Shown here piece after piece: positions 9,496-18,118 of a stretch of 33,148 bases of DNA. Positions within the stretch are counted from its first letter, which is position 1; the number at the start of each line of letters is the position of its first letter. The notes beneath the pieces were generated by a model. It was given only the letters and a program-made list of their open reading frames with translations, was not told the DNA's origin and ran no database searches. Made by a program: the position numbers and the translations under genes. Source of the stretch: a virus (Duplodnaviria; Heunggongvirae; Uroviricota; Caudoviricetes); the IMG/VR virus record IMGVR_UViG_2681813271_000008; one strand, 5' to 3'.

Positions 9496-9978
9496 GAACA
9501 ATACCAGCTAACTAAAAAAGCGGGCGTGGTATGGCTCTTTTGCGAAGATGGCAAAAACTGGTATGAGGAACAAAAGAATTTTCAGCCAGACACCATAAAA
9601 ATTGCTTACGATGAGAACAACATCATCGTTGCTGTCAGTAAAGACGTTTCAACTATTAATCCTGAAGGGCTAAGCATAGTTGAAGTTCCTGATATTACGG
9701 CAAATCGTCACGCAGACAATAACGGAAAATGGATGTTTCTGGATGGTAAAGTAGTAAAGAGGGAATATACAGAACAGGAACTGCAACAACAGGCCGAATC
9801 ACAAAAGGCCGCATTGCTTTCCGAAGCTGAATCAGTCATCCAGCCGCTGGAACGCGCTGTCAGGCTGAATATGGCAACAGACGAGGAACGCACACGACTG
9901 GAAGCATGGGAACGCTACAGTGTTCTGGTCAGCCGTGTGGATACGGCAAATCCTGAATGGCCACAAAAGCCTGAATAA
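9496..9978 (+). CDS. Second tail fibre assembly protein (Tfa), 5' end lost in an N-run
   Basis: Frame open from the gap ([15 protein letters not shown]...); the ORF track's GTG at 9526 is internal. Shares an identical stretch of about 88 bp with the 3' end of the previous Tfa. Confidence 0.75.
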   Translation, partial: EQYQLTKKAGVVWLFCEDGKNWYEEQKNFQPDTIKIAYDENNIIVAVSKDVSTINPEGLSIVEVPDITANRHADNNGKWMFLDGKVVKREYTEQELQQQAESQKAALLSEAESVIQPLERAVRLNMATDEERTRLEAWERYSVLVSRVDTANPEWPQKPE

Positions 9979-9983
9979 AAATT

Positions 9984-10003
9984 AAGGCCCGATAGCGGGC
10001 CTT
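9984..10003. terminator. Hairpin between convergent Tfa genes (likely bidirectional terminator)
   Basis: AAGGCCCG ATAG CGGGCCTT perfect 8-bp stem; T-rich run follows on the minus strand. Confidence 0.5.
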
Positions 10004-10006
10004 CTC

Positions 10007-10540
10007 TCATTCTGGTTGTTCGGGAAACGTTACTGGCAGGCTGGAGGTGTCTGTGGATTCAACCTTCTGCGCATAGAGCATCCACTCGGTTAATTTTTGT
10101 TTATTCTCATCGGAAATGATGCCCAGCTGTAGCTGAGAGTCCCACAGCTGGGTTTTATCCCTGACGAGCTGCAGCAGGCTCTGCTTTTCATTTTCCGCTT
10201 GTTGCCTTTGCTCTTCCTCGGTATAAGTTCGCTTTATCACCGCACCATCTTTGAACATCCAGTTGCCCGAAATATCAGCCCGGCGATTTGCTGTAATATC
10301 AGGCAACTCAACGACACTTAAACCTTCTGGATTAATTGCTGATACATCCTTGTCTATAGCAATAATTATTCCCTCAACTGTGTAAGCCAGTTTTATTGTA
10401 TCCTCCTGAAAGTTTTTTAATTCCTCATGCCAATTTTTTCCATCTTCGGACCATAACCAGATAACATCAAAATTCTTTGTTAGCTGGTATTGTTCAACGG
10501 TTTTTGGATTACCTGCGACAATGTTTTTTAAATGCTGCAT
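10007..10540 (-). CDS. G: Tail fibre assembly protein G (P2 gpG-like)
   Basis: 177 aa ORF directly downstream of the tail-fibre gene; homologous to the plus-strand Tfa ORFs. Confidence 0.8.
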   Translation of the reverse strand: MQHLKNIVAGNPKTVEQYQLTKNFDVIWLWSEDGKNWHEELKNFQEDTIKLAYTVEGIIIAIDKDVSAINPEGLSVVELPDITANRRADISGNWMFKDGAVIKRTYTEEEQRQQAENEKQSLLQLVRDKTQLWDSQLQLGIISDENKQKLTEWMLYAQKVESTDTSSLPVTFPEQPE

Positions 10541-10542
10541 GA

Positions 10543-10692
10543 TTATACCTGCGATACGTTATACCATGTTCCGTTAATTAACTTTTGTATTGGTCTGAAT
10601 ACTGCCGGATCATCACCATCGACTTCACCGATAATACCAAGCCCCGTGATTACATGGCCTGATTTTTCATACATCACGCCTTTCTTCATGGT
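10543..10692 (-). other. In-frame continuation of tail fibre H beyond an amber codon (49 codons, conserved C-terminus)
   Basis: Same frame as H after the TAG at 10693..10695: [49 protein letters not shown], then TAA 2 nt before the G start. Aligns with the C-terminus of the alternative cassette. Confidence 0.6.
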
Positions 10693-12477
10693 CTAAACAA
10701 CTCGTGTGCCAAGTCTGACATCTCTCACATAGCGGGAATCAAAGTTACCGTAATCCGAGGGATTAACACGTCCCGTAATATTTATGGTTTTATTACTTTG
10801 AATGCTTCCGGAGACAAAGCGCATAACATGGACGTTATTAGCATAAACATCCAGATTACCATCGCCTTTTTGTTTAAAGCCCGTGTCATTATCACCCAAT
10901 ACAATCGAATTACCGCCAAGAGCACTGGATGTTCCGATACCCAGTGCACCATTCAGTTGACCACCAGATAACGGCAGTGCACCAACATCTCCTGCTGAAG
11001 GTTTTCTGGTGGTGTAAAATTCGGACCAGTCGGCTTCAAAACCATAACCATCACGGGCTGAACGATAAAAAATACCGCCATTTTTATAATTAATCCGAAA
11101 CTGAGCTGCAGGACAACTTCCTTCTCCCATATAAAAATGAATAATTAACGTTGATGCACCACTAATAGTTGCGTTATAGGCTCCGCTACTCCAGTTCCAT
11201 CCAACTGCTTTATCATTCGCAACGGTGCTTCCTGTTTTCCCTAAGGCAAACGCACCAACATGACTTGCTTTTAATGTGATATCGGAGGAACCATCAAAAG
11301 CCACATTGCTTATTTTCCTGGCAGTTTTTAATTTTGCAGCTGTAGAAGCATTGCCGGATAGTTCACCAGAAAGGCCACCGCTGAATGTTTGTCGATTAGT
11401 CCAGGTATTCGCTGTACTGAGTAACGGTATTTTCTCCCCGCTTGTGCCGAGTTCTCGTAAACCGAGGTATTCGATAACGGCAGCAACGGTCGATTTCGCA
11501 AGAATATCCCGCCCGACTTTTGTCAGGGTTGCCAGGCTGGCGACATCATTCCCCGTAAAATACGGAAACTTGCCTGCCGCAGTAGTAAGTCCGGCCAGCG
11601 CCGTCAGGGTGGCATCTTTCGGTTGCTTACCCGCAAGCGCGTTAGTCATGGTGGTCGCAAAATTCGGGTCGTTGCCCAGCGCCGCCGCCAGCTCGTTCAG
11701 TGTGTTCAGTGCATCAGGCGAAGAGTCTACAAGTGCGGCAATCGCAGCCATAACGAAAGCCGTGCTTGCGATTTGGGTATTATTCGTTCCCTGTCGCGCA
11801 GTTGGTGTTGTTGGCGTTCCGGTCAGTGCCGGGCTGTTTAATGGGGCTTTCTTGTTCGTTTCATCCATTACTGCCTTAACGGCTTTTGGTGTCGCTGCCA
11901 GCGTTTCAGACGTGCTGTTGGTGGCGTTGCTGAGCTGGACAAGGCCTTTTGCGGTCAGCGAGGCGTCCGGGTGACGTCGTGACTGTTCATGCTCTTTCAG
12001 TTTGTCATCCACGTAATTCACTGTGGCCATCACCATGGTGTTATCCACGGTAAGCGCCACAGTGGCAGTGCTGGATACGGTCAGAATGGTGCGAAATGTT
12101 TGTGCACGTCCGGATCCTTCGGCAACGGTTGGCTTGTAACTTTCGGCAGTATTGCCTACCGCGATCAAATCGCCGTGCTCATCAAACACACCAATTTCCC
12201 GGATCCAGAATCCGCCCGTTTCAGGAGGAATAACCAGCTCCGCAATAATGTGGTTCTGATGTGTTGCGTCCAGGGTGACGCGATTAACGGTATGTCGCCA
12301 CACCTCATGCACAAGACGGGTCTGCTTACTGTCTGGCGTGGGTAAAGTACCGCCGCCGTCACCCACGGCCATATGTGTCAGGCGGACAGGTTTCCCATCT
12401 GGCGCGGTTGCCTGCGCTAATTTTTTTGCACCCGTATCGGTGATAATGGTTTTAAATTTTCGTGTTGTGGTACTCAT
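10693..12477 (-). CDS. H: Tail fibre protein H (P2 gpH-like), interrupted by an in-frame amber codon
   Basis: 594 aa ORF. Constant N-terminal part runs from 12477 to the crossover site near 11452..11477 (EYLGL); variable part follows. Stop TAG at 10693..10695 lies inside a conserved C-terminal region. Confidence 0.85.
   Translation of the reverse strand: MSTTTRKFKTIITDTGAKKLAQATAPDGKPVRLTHMAVGDGGGTLPTPDSKQTRLVHEVWRHTVNRVTLDATHQNHIIAELVIPPETGGFWIREIGVFDEHGDLIAVGNTAESYKPTVAEGSGRAQTFRTILTVSSTATVALTVDNTMVMATVNYVDDKLKEHEQSRRHPDASLTAKGLVQLSNATNSTSETLAATPKAVKAVMDETNKKAPLNSPALTGTPTTPTARQGTNNTQIASTAFVMAAIAALVDSSPDALNTLNELAAALGNDPNFATTMTNALAGKQPKDATLTALAGLTTAAGKFPYFTGNDVASLATLTKVGRDILAKSTVAAVIEYLGLRELGTSGEKIPLLSTANTWTNRQTFSGGLSGELSGNASTAAKLKTARKISNVAFDGSSDITLKASHVGAFALGKTGSTVANDKAVGWNWSSGAYNATISGASTLIIHFYMGEGSCPAAQFRINYKNGGIFYRSARDGYGFEADWSEFYTTRKPSAGDVGALPLSGGQLNGALGIGTSSALGGNSIVLGDNDTGFKQKGDGNLDVYANNVHVMRFVSGSIQSNKTINITGRVNPSDYGNFDSRYVRDVRLGTRVV
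11452..11477. other. gix-like inversion crossover site (right, inside H)
   Basis: Reverse complement TTATCGAATACCTCGGTTTACGAGAA matches the 8030..8055 site at 22 of 26 positions; the core CTC GGT TTA encodes LGL in the H frame and in the alternative cassette frame. Confidence 0.75.
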
Positions 12478-12479
12478 GC

Positions 12480-13010
12480 TTAATCGTCCGGATAAATGGT
12501 AATGACTTCACCGTCGTAAGTTGCTGCTGCCGCGAAAATATCTCCCTGAATCTCCTGAATGATATTCAGCCCTGTCATGTGGCGGCTGACCGGGCGGGCA
12601 TCAGCAATCAACCGCTCCATTTCCAGATACATTTCCTCCGTCACGCCACTGTCCAGCGTGCCAACATCAATCTTGAATGTTCCGGGTTCGCCGTTGAACT
12701 CCCACCACTCAGACACGCGAATGAGGTATCCCAGCGGCTCAATGGCCCGTCGCAGGGCGCTGATGGTTCCTTTGTGTCGGTGTATCAGCCATGCATCACG
12801 AATCACCTGTCGCTTTGTCTCTTCCGGCCAGTTGCGATCCCAGCGGTCAACGGAAAACGCCCAGGCGAGATAAGGCAGCAGATGCACCGGGCAGGTGTCC
12901 GGCGACCACAGCGTGTTGAGGTCTGCCGGAATGTCTGTAATGCGTGTTCCGACGGCTTCGGCACAACGCATGAAATTGCTGGCTGATGGTGGTAACAGTG
13001 AATTACTCAT
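12480..13010 (-). CDS. I: Baseplate/tail-fibre attachment protein I (P2 gpI-like)
   Basis: Start at ATG 13008..13010 (MSNSLLPP) preceded by GGTGG, 2 nt after the J stop; 176 aa, the same length as P2 I. Confidence 0.85.
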   Translation of the reverse strand: MSNSLLPPSASNFMRCAEAVGTRITDIPADLNTLWSPDTCPVHLLPYLAWAFSVDRWDRNWPEETKRQVIRDAWLIHRHKGTISALRRAIEPLGYLIRVSEWWEFNGEPGTFKIDVGTLDSGVTEEMYLEMERLIADARPVSRHMTGLNIIQEIQGDIFAAAATYDGEVITIYPDD

Positions 13011-13899
13011 TACGCCCACCTTCGCTGATGGTGAATGACTCACAGCGCGCCGCCTGTATGTCGCTGATGGCCATATTCTGTGTGGGTTCGATTATCTCCA
13101 CGCGTTGCACACCGTGCACATGCAGTGCGGCAGCAATGGCGGACAACGCCACGTCCTGACCGATAAGCCCCTGCTCAGCCAGCCACTTCCTGAACGACGA
13201 TTCAGCCGCAGCCAGAATAGGTTCGGATTCCGGACCGGGGTAAAAGTACAGTTTTGCATTCAGCCGCCATGTCACGATTCTGGCACTCTGTACGGTCAGG
13301 CGGTCGGCCACCGGGCGGGTATCCTCTGCATTCAGAACGGCGCGAACGGTATTAAGCAACGCCTCCGTTGCTGTGCCGTCGCCCTCAGTGGACAGGATGG
13401 AAACCGTCACATTTGCCGGAGACGGACTGATGGCCCGCGCATCGCGCACCAGACCGCTGGCGCTGCGGGCAAAATACTCGTATGCGCCTGACGGGCCTGC
13501 AACACTCAGGCCGTCATACGCCCGCTGCGCCCGCAGTCTCAGCGAGGTGTCGTTCTCCATCACCACGTCGGTGGTATCCGTTGCCGGAGTGATAACCAGG
13601 CGCTTTGTGTTCATATTGCCCGCGAGGTTGTCCAGGTCTGTTCCGGCGCTGTGGCTCAACATGCAGGCGCGTGCGGCCTCATTGACCCGCTGGCGTAACA
13701 GCATTTCACGAAACGACATGGTTTGAGCGATAACGTTCAGGGGTTCCGATTCCAGTTCCAGTGCGGCGGAGACGACTTCACGCTGTTCGGCGGGATAAGC
13801 TGCAATCATCATGGCCTTTGTGTCAGCCAGAATTGCCTCAAAGTCAGGCTCCGCGATGATGGCGGGTTCCGGTAACTGGGAAAGGTCAACGGCAGGCAT
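13003..13899 (-). CDS. J: Baseplate assembly protein J (P2 gpJ-like)
   Basis: 298 aa ORF in the V-W-J-I order. Confidence 0.85.
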   Translation of the reverse strand: MPAVDLSQLPEPAIIAEPDFEAILADTKAMMIAAYPAEQREVVSAALELESEPLNVIAQTMSFREMLLRQRVNEAARACMLSHSAGTDLDNLAGNMNTKRLVITPATDTTDVVMENDTSLRLRAQRAYDGLSVAGPSGAYEYFARSASGLVRDARAISPSPANVTVSILSTEGDGTATEALLNTVRAVLNAEDTRPVADRLTVQSARIVTWRLNAKLYFYPGPESEPILAAAESSFRKWLAEQGLIGQDVALSAIAAALHVHGVQRVEIIEPTQNMAISDIQAARCESFTISEGGRNE

Positions 13900-13902
13900 G
13901 AT

Positions 13903-14253
13903 TTACTCCCTCAGCGTGATGGTTAATTCAACATTCTGCATGGTCTGCATGACAGTGCCCGACAGCGTCACCCCGGCGTGGCCTCCTGCCTTCCAGACAA
14001 CGTCGATGGCGTTCAGGGCAATGCGTGGTTCCCATCGTGTCAGTGCAATCACGGTAGCACTCATGCATTGCAGACGCGTGGTGTTATTCATGGGTTCGTC
14101 AATCAAATCAGGCACAAGGCTGCCATATTCCCGTCGCATAACCCGGCTTGCCAGCGGGGTGGTCAGGATGTCCCTGACTGACTGTTTCAGGTGCGCCATA
14201 TCGTTCAGGTTTCCCGTCCCGTCCGGGTTCATTCCTGTGTAGCGGGTTGTCAC
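13903..14253 (-). CDS. W: Baseplate assembly protein W (P2 gpW-like)
   Basis: 116 aa ORF between V and J. Confidence 0.85.
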   Translation of the reverse strand: MTTRYTGMNPDGTGNLNDMAHLKQSVRDILTTPLASRVMRREYGSLVPDLIDEPMNNTTRLQCMSATVIALTRWEPRIALNAIDVVWKAGGHAGVTLSGTVMQTMQNVELTITLRE

Positions 14254-14831
14254 TGCGGGCCTCCTGTCGAATCGCTGCCACCTTTAACGCCACCGTGCTT
14301 ATGCGTATGCACTGTGATGCCGTTTGAGGTGAAATCGCCGCCGCTGTGCGTGATATTGCCGCTCATCGTTCCCCCTTTTGTGACGTCAAGCGTCGCTGTT
14401 CTCAGAAGGTCTGTGCATTCCACGACAGGCGTGTTCAGTGTCACGCTGATGGATGCCTGCAAAGTGGCCGTTTTCATGCCGCTTGCGCTCAGTGCGCCTG
14501 CGTCCGCGTCGTAGCGGAACACCGCGCCGTCCGGCGCGCTGACCACGATTTCTTTCAGGCTTTTGCCGGGTGCCGGAATGGCATCACTCCACAGGCTGCC
14601 GATTATCATGGCGGTTTCCGGGTTGCCGCCGATGCAGGCAATTGCCACCTGTTCGCCTGGTGATGGCGGAAACCACACGTTGAAGTCTCCCGCGCGCGTG
14701 GTGTTCCAGCGCAGCCAGCCTGTTTCCAGTTCGCCGCTGCGAACGCGCACGCACCAGGATTCCTCATCAACTTCAGAGATGATCCCGGTGCGGATGATAT
14801 TGCTCAGCAGTCGCATGAGTTCTGCGCTCAT
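14250..14831 (-). CDS. V: Baseplate spike protein V (P2 gpV-like)
   Basis: 193 aa; motifs IRTGII, GEQV, FPDGAV, KGGTM.GNI.H.GG and HTHKH match my recollection of P2 V. Confidence 0.85.
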   Translation of the reverse strand: MSAELMRLLSNIIRTGIISEVDEESWCVRVRSGELETGWLRWNTTRAGDFNVWFPPSPGEQVAIACIGGNPETAMIIGSLWSDAIPAPGKSLKEIVVSAPDGAVFRYDADAGALSASGMKTATLQASISVTLNTPVVECTDLLRTATLDVTKGGTMSGNITHSGGDFTSNGITVHTHKHGGVKGGSDSTGGPQ

Positions 14832-15463
14832 CGTACAGCCTCCGCAATCCGGCCCAGCACCGTGTTATAAATCAGGCGCTCATCTGCCTGGCTGATACCC
14901 AGCAGCTCACGTACCGGGTAATCGGTGAAAATGCCCGGCGCAACCTGATCGCGCTCACCGAACTGATGAACGCGTGCAATACGTGCGGCCACGCCGCTGT
15001 AACCCACCGTCACACCGGAAGCATCTGCACGGGCTTTCAGGTAGCGGGCGGTGCGCAGTTTTACGAACATGGAGACGCGCCTGGTGCTGTCCTGGTTGAT
15101 GCGCCGGGTGCGTATTTCCAGAAAACGGTCGATGTCATCCCGGTAAAACGTGCGGATATTGTTTTTATCCTCATCCCACCCGGTGATGGTTCGCCCGTAT
15201 TTCCCCGTGTCGTGATGCCAGTTTTTCAGCGTGCGTGCTTCGTTATTCCAGATAAAGCGAATGCGCTCCTGTATCCGGGTTACGCGGCGTCTGCGTGGTG
15301 TCCATGCGGTCCCGTCCGGCGCTTTCTGTGACCGGATACGCGCCTGCTGGGCGCGGCGTAAATCCTGTGCCAGCTTTCTGGCGATGTTATTAATGGCCTG
15401 CTGATTCAGGCTGTCGCGGATAGCCTCAAAGGTTTCATCCACGCGGGTGAATGCCTTATCCAT
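14828..15463 (-). CDS. S: Tail completion / virion morphogenesis protein (gpS position)
   Basis: 211 aa ORF between R and V, overlapping both; longer than P2 S (150 aa), so called by position. Confidence 0.6.
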   Translation of the reverse strand: MDKAFTRVDETFEAIRDSLNQQAINNIARKLAQDLRRAQQARIRSQKAPDGTAWTPRRRRVTRIQERIRFIWNNEARTLKNWHHDTGKYGRTITGWDEDKNNIRTFYRDDIDRFLEIRTRRINQDSTRRVSMFVKLRTARYLKARADASGVTVGYSGVAARIARVHQFGERDQVAPGIFTDYPVRELLGISQADERLIYNTVLGRIAEAVR

Positions 15464-15923
15464 CGCTTTCCCCCCACGTCACATCCTGGAATACATGCGA
15501 CCAGTCGCCTTCGGAAGAGGGCAGGCGGGGTTTTGGCTCCGGCAGGTGTTCTGCCTGCGGTGTGCCCTGACTGCTGCGCGTGATGCGAACGCGTTCCCGC
15601 AGGGGGAGCGTAAACAGGAGATCGGCGCTGTCATCGTCATTGATAACGGCGGAAAATTTGATGTCCTGATTACGCTCCGGATTGAGCAACAACTGTGGCT
15701 GATTTTCGGATAACCACGCCAGCAGCGGCAGCGTGAGGTCGTCCAGCTCTCCGGCGTAATCCATGACAAACATCACTATCTGATAGCGGTAAACAAACGA
15801 TGGGGTTTCTCCGGTCGTTTCAATGTTGCCGCTCTCCACGAAAATGGTGAATTTTTCCGGGTTGGCATGACACCACCGGCATGAACGGGTCATGGCTTCA
15901 CGCAGGGAATCAGTTTTCAGCAT
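15456..15923 (-). CDS. R: Tail completion protein R (P2 gpR-like)
   Basis: 155 aa, the same length as P2 R; located after the lysis genes and before S. Confidence 0.65.
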   Translation of the reverse strand: MLKTDSLREAMTRSCRWCHANPEKFTIFVESGNIETTGETPSFVYRYQIVMFVMDYAGELDDLTLPLLAWLSENQPQLLLNPERNQDIKFSAVINDDDSADLLFTLPLRERVRITRSSQGTPQAEHLPEPKPRLPSSEGDWSHVFQDVTWGESDG

Positions 15924-16200
15924 GGTTGTTGTCCTCGTTGTTCAGTCGTTGCAGCCTGCGCTGTTCCAGTAATTCAATGGCCCGCTTATCGGCGTTACAG
16001 GTTTCCAGTGCGTCCATGAGGCTGTCGCTCCATATCCCGATGTTTCCCCATGATGGCGTCACCGGAAACGGCGGGGGAAGTACGGGGGCGGTCAGCCCTT
16101 CCGGGATGAAACGGAACGACGGCGGCGGCGCGGACGCGTTCTGCGTGCTGGTGCAACCGCTCAGTAAAGCGAGCGTCAGGAACAGCGCGGGCACATGCAT
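15910..16200 (-). CDS. Outer-membrane spanin lipoprotein (Rz1 / LysC-like)
   Basis: Signal peptide with lipobox LLSGC, proline-rich mature part; starts inside the i-spanin ORF in another frame and extends past its stop. Confidence 0.6.
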   Translation of the reverse strand: MHVPALFLTLALLSGCTSTQNASAPPPSFRFIPEGLTAPVLPPPFPVTPSWGNIGIWSDSLMDALETCNADKRAIELLEQRRLQRLNNEDNNHAEN

Positions 16201-16468
16201 CTGTCGTGATATCGTTGCGTAGCTGTTCACGTCGGATTTCCCCTTCCTGTTGTCGGTTCTGGCGCGCTGTCATGACGTCACGCAGTACACCGGATGCGGT
16301 GCTGATGATGGTGCCGGCCTCTTTCAGGGTCCGGCTGTAATCGTCCAGTTGCGCCTGTGTATAACGGTTGTGTCCGTCTTCCTGCCCCAGTCTGAATGTC
16401 TGCCAGAGTGTTATGGTCAGCAGCGTGAGGACGGTCAGTGCCATCATCAGGATGTAACGCACTTTCAT
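15995..16468 (-). CDS. Inner-membrane spanin (Rz / LysB-like)
   Basis: N-terminal transmembrane helix (ILMMALTVLTLLTITLW) followed by a charged, helical periplasmic domain; downstream of the endolysin. Confidence 0.65.
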   Translation of the reverse strand: MKVRYILMMALTVLTLLTITLWQTFRLGQEDGHNRYTQAQLDDYSRTLKEAGTIISTASGVLRDVMTARQNRQQEGEIRREQLRNDITTDACARAVPDARFTERLHQHAERVRAAAVVPFHPGRADRPRTSPAVSGDAIMGKHRDMERQPHGRTGNL

Positions 16469-16553
16469 GACTGGCCTCCGGTGTCACGTAAGCACCATGC
16501 ACGAAAATCAGTACGACGGTTAACCAGTCCCTGTGAGCGTTCGCCGCCGCTGT

Positions 16554-17009
16554 TCACGAAGTCAGTCTGTTGCACATGTCAGGCCAGTTGTGCGCCTGTG
16601 CATGTTTCCAGATAGTGGTGCGGTGGTAGTTACGGTTCTTATCCCTGAACCACATAAGATTTCTGCATCCAAGATTAAAGGCGGCATCTGTCATTGCCTC
16701 AAACGCGGACTGTGGCATGGCGTTGCCGCTGAAGTTCTGATTTATGCAGTTTTCTGCATGTTGCATATCATTAACCCAGCGCCCGGCGACTTCCGTTTCG
16801 GTGTACAGACGATTTTCCACATGCCCGGTCGAGCCGCACCCCACGGTCATTACCCCGGCAATATCCCGGTAAGGCGTTGCGCGACAGTCCTCCCATGTGG
16901 CAATGCGGATTTGCGCTTCCGGGCTGGTCCGGAGTTTGTGAGGGGCAATGGAGAACCCCAGCGCCACAATGGCGGCTACGGCGTAACGTTTAACGGGCAG
17001 CTTTATCAT
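16554..17009 (-). CDS. K: SAR endolysin (phage lysozyme, T4-lysozyme-type)
   Basis: Catalytic pattern E-x8-D-x5-T visible in WEDCRATPYRDIAGVMTVGCG; N-terminal hydrophobic signal-anchor-release-like segment AVAAIVALGFSIA. Confidence 0.75.
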   Translation of the reverse strand: MIKLPVKRYAVAAIVALGFSIAPHKLRTSPEAQIRIATWEDCRATPYRDIAGVMTVGCGSTGHVENRLYTETEVAGRWVNDMQHAENCINQNFSGNAMPQSAFEAMTDAAFNLGCRNLMWFRDKNRNYHRTTIWKHAQAHNWPDMCNRLTS

Positions 17010-17292
17010 GTGTATCGTTATCCCGCAGAATGTTCAGAGCCTGACGCTCACTGTCGTGAAGTGGCCGTGCGTCTGACTGCGCCAGGATACTGGCGATGAG
17101 TTCATTGCGACGCTGCATGGCGGTTTCCATCAGGCGGCGATGTCGCCAGGCATGTAATGCAGACAGAGAACCGAGTAACAACCCGGCAAGGGCGATTTTT
17201 TCACTGATGGTCATCACGCCTATTGTGGTGGCTGTGACTGATGCCCAGAAGGTGATCCAGTCACTCACCCGCAGAAAAAAACCTGTTACCAT
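16990..17292 (-). CDS. Y: Holin (probable pinholin partner of the SAR endolysin)
   Basis: About 100 aa from the ATG at 17292; two predicted transmembrane segments; stop overlaps the endolysin start. The ORF track's longer version (to 17499) overlaps X. Confidence 0.6.
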   Translation of the reverse strand: MVTGFFLRVSDWITFWASVTATTIGVMTISEKIALAGLLLGSLSALHAWRHRRLMETAMQRRNELIASILAQSDARPLHDSERQALNILRDNDTHDKAAR

Positions 17293-17483
17293 AGCTGTAT
17301 CATCTCTCGTTGTTTTTTCTTCTCCGGCTCCGGCATTTCCACCTCCTGTCCGGCTTCCAGAAATACCTGTCGGCAGAGTCCGGGGTTGGCATCCAGCACC
17401 TTTTCGGTGACGCCCTGCGTCGTGCCGTAGTACCGGAAACAGAGCGAATCCACGGTGTCGCCTTCCAGTGTCTTCACTTTCAT
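17286..17483 (-). CDS. X: Tail protein X (P2 gpX-like)
   Basis: 66 aa from MKVKTLEGDTVDSL, close to P2 X (67 aa); sits between L and the holin. Confidence 0.7.
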   Translation of the reverse strand: MKVKTLEGDTVDSLCFRYYGTTQGVTEKVLDANPGLCRQVFLEAGQEVEMPEPEKKKQREMIQLW

Positions 17484-17986
17484 CAGCACAACTCCGCAAA
17501 GATTCGCGGGCGGCACAGAATGTCAGAGATGGCCCAGCTCACATCGCGCCACAAATCCGATGTCTGTATATCCAGTGCGTCCGCCCGGCGGTCGCCCTTG
17601 TCCGTTGTGTCCGCATCGCGGTAACGCTCCAGAATCAGGGCGCGTGTGGCGGTATAAACAGCATTGCGCCAGTGCCAGAGATTGACGCTTTCTCCGTTAA
17701 TTACAGGTGCCGGAACATCGGCCAGCGTCTGATGGCCAGCCGCCTGCTGTTCCTGCTGCCATGCTTCCAGCTCGCGGGTAACGTGTGCCACGGCCCCGGT
17801 GGCGGTATGCAGCAGGCGGGAGGTGGTCACGCGGCCCGGCAGTCGTACCGCCAGACGCAGCTCGCGCAGCACAATATCCGGCCAGAATGCACCCGCTGAA
17901 ATACGGGTATCGCCATCTTCGGTGTCGGTGATGTCGTCCTCTGCGGGTCCGGGTTCAGTTCTGGCAACCATACTCATGGGGTTCAC
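17483..17986 (-). CDS. L: Head completion protein L (P2 gpL-like)
   Basis: 167 aa ORF following M in the capsid order. Confidence 0.7.
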   Translation of the reverse strand: MNPMSMVARTEPGPAEDDITDTEDGDTRISAGAFWPDIVLRELRLAVRLPGRVTTSRLLHTATGAVAHVTRELEAWQQEQQAAGHQTLADVPAPVINGESVNLWHWRNAVYTATRALILERYRDADTTDKGDRRADALDIQTSDLWRDVSWAISDILCRPRIFAELC

Positions 17987-18019
17987 TCCTGAAAAAATCG
18001 GGCGGTGGGTGCGCGGTGT

Positions 18020-18093
18020 NNNNNNNNNNNNNNNNNNNNNNNNNNNNNNNNNNNNNNNNNNNNNNNNNNNNNNNNNNNNNNNNNNNNNNNNNN
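18020..18093. other. Assembly gap (74 N) between L and M
   Basis: Run of N read directly. Confidence 1.
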
Positions 18094-18118
18094 CGCCGCC
18101 CGCTGACGGGGTCAGTCG

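Noticed and set aside
11276-11974. 232-aa plus-strand ORF inside tail fibre H
   Set aside because: It is antisense to H, with Ala/Ser-rich low-complexity translation typical of a shadow frame.
16278-16502. 74-aa minus-strand ORF as a possible lysA-like gene between the endolysin and spanin
   Set aside because: It overlaps the i-spanin start in another frame, has a His/Arg-rich composition, and no RBS.
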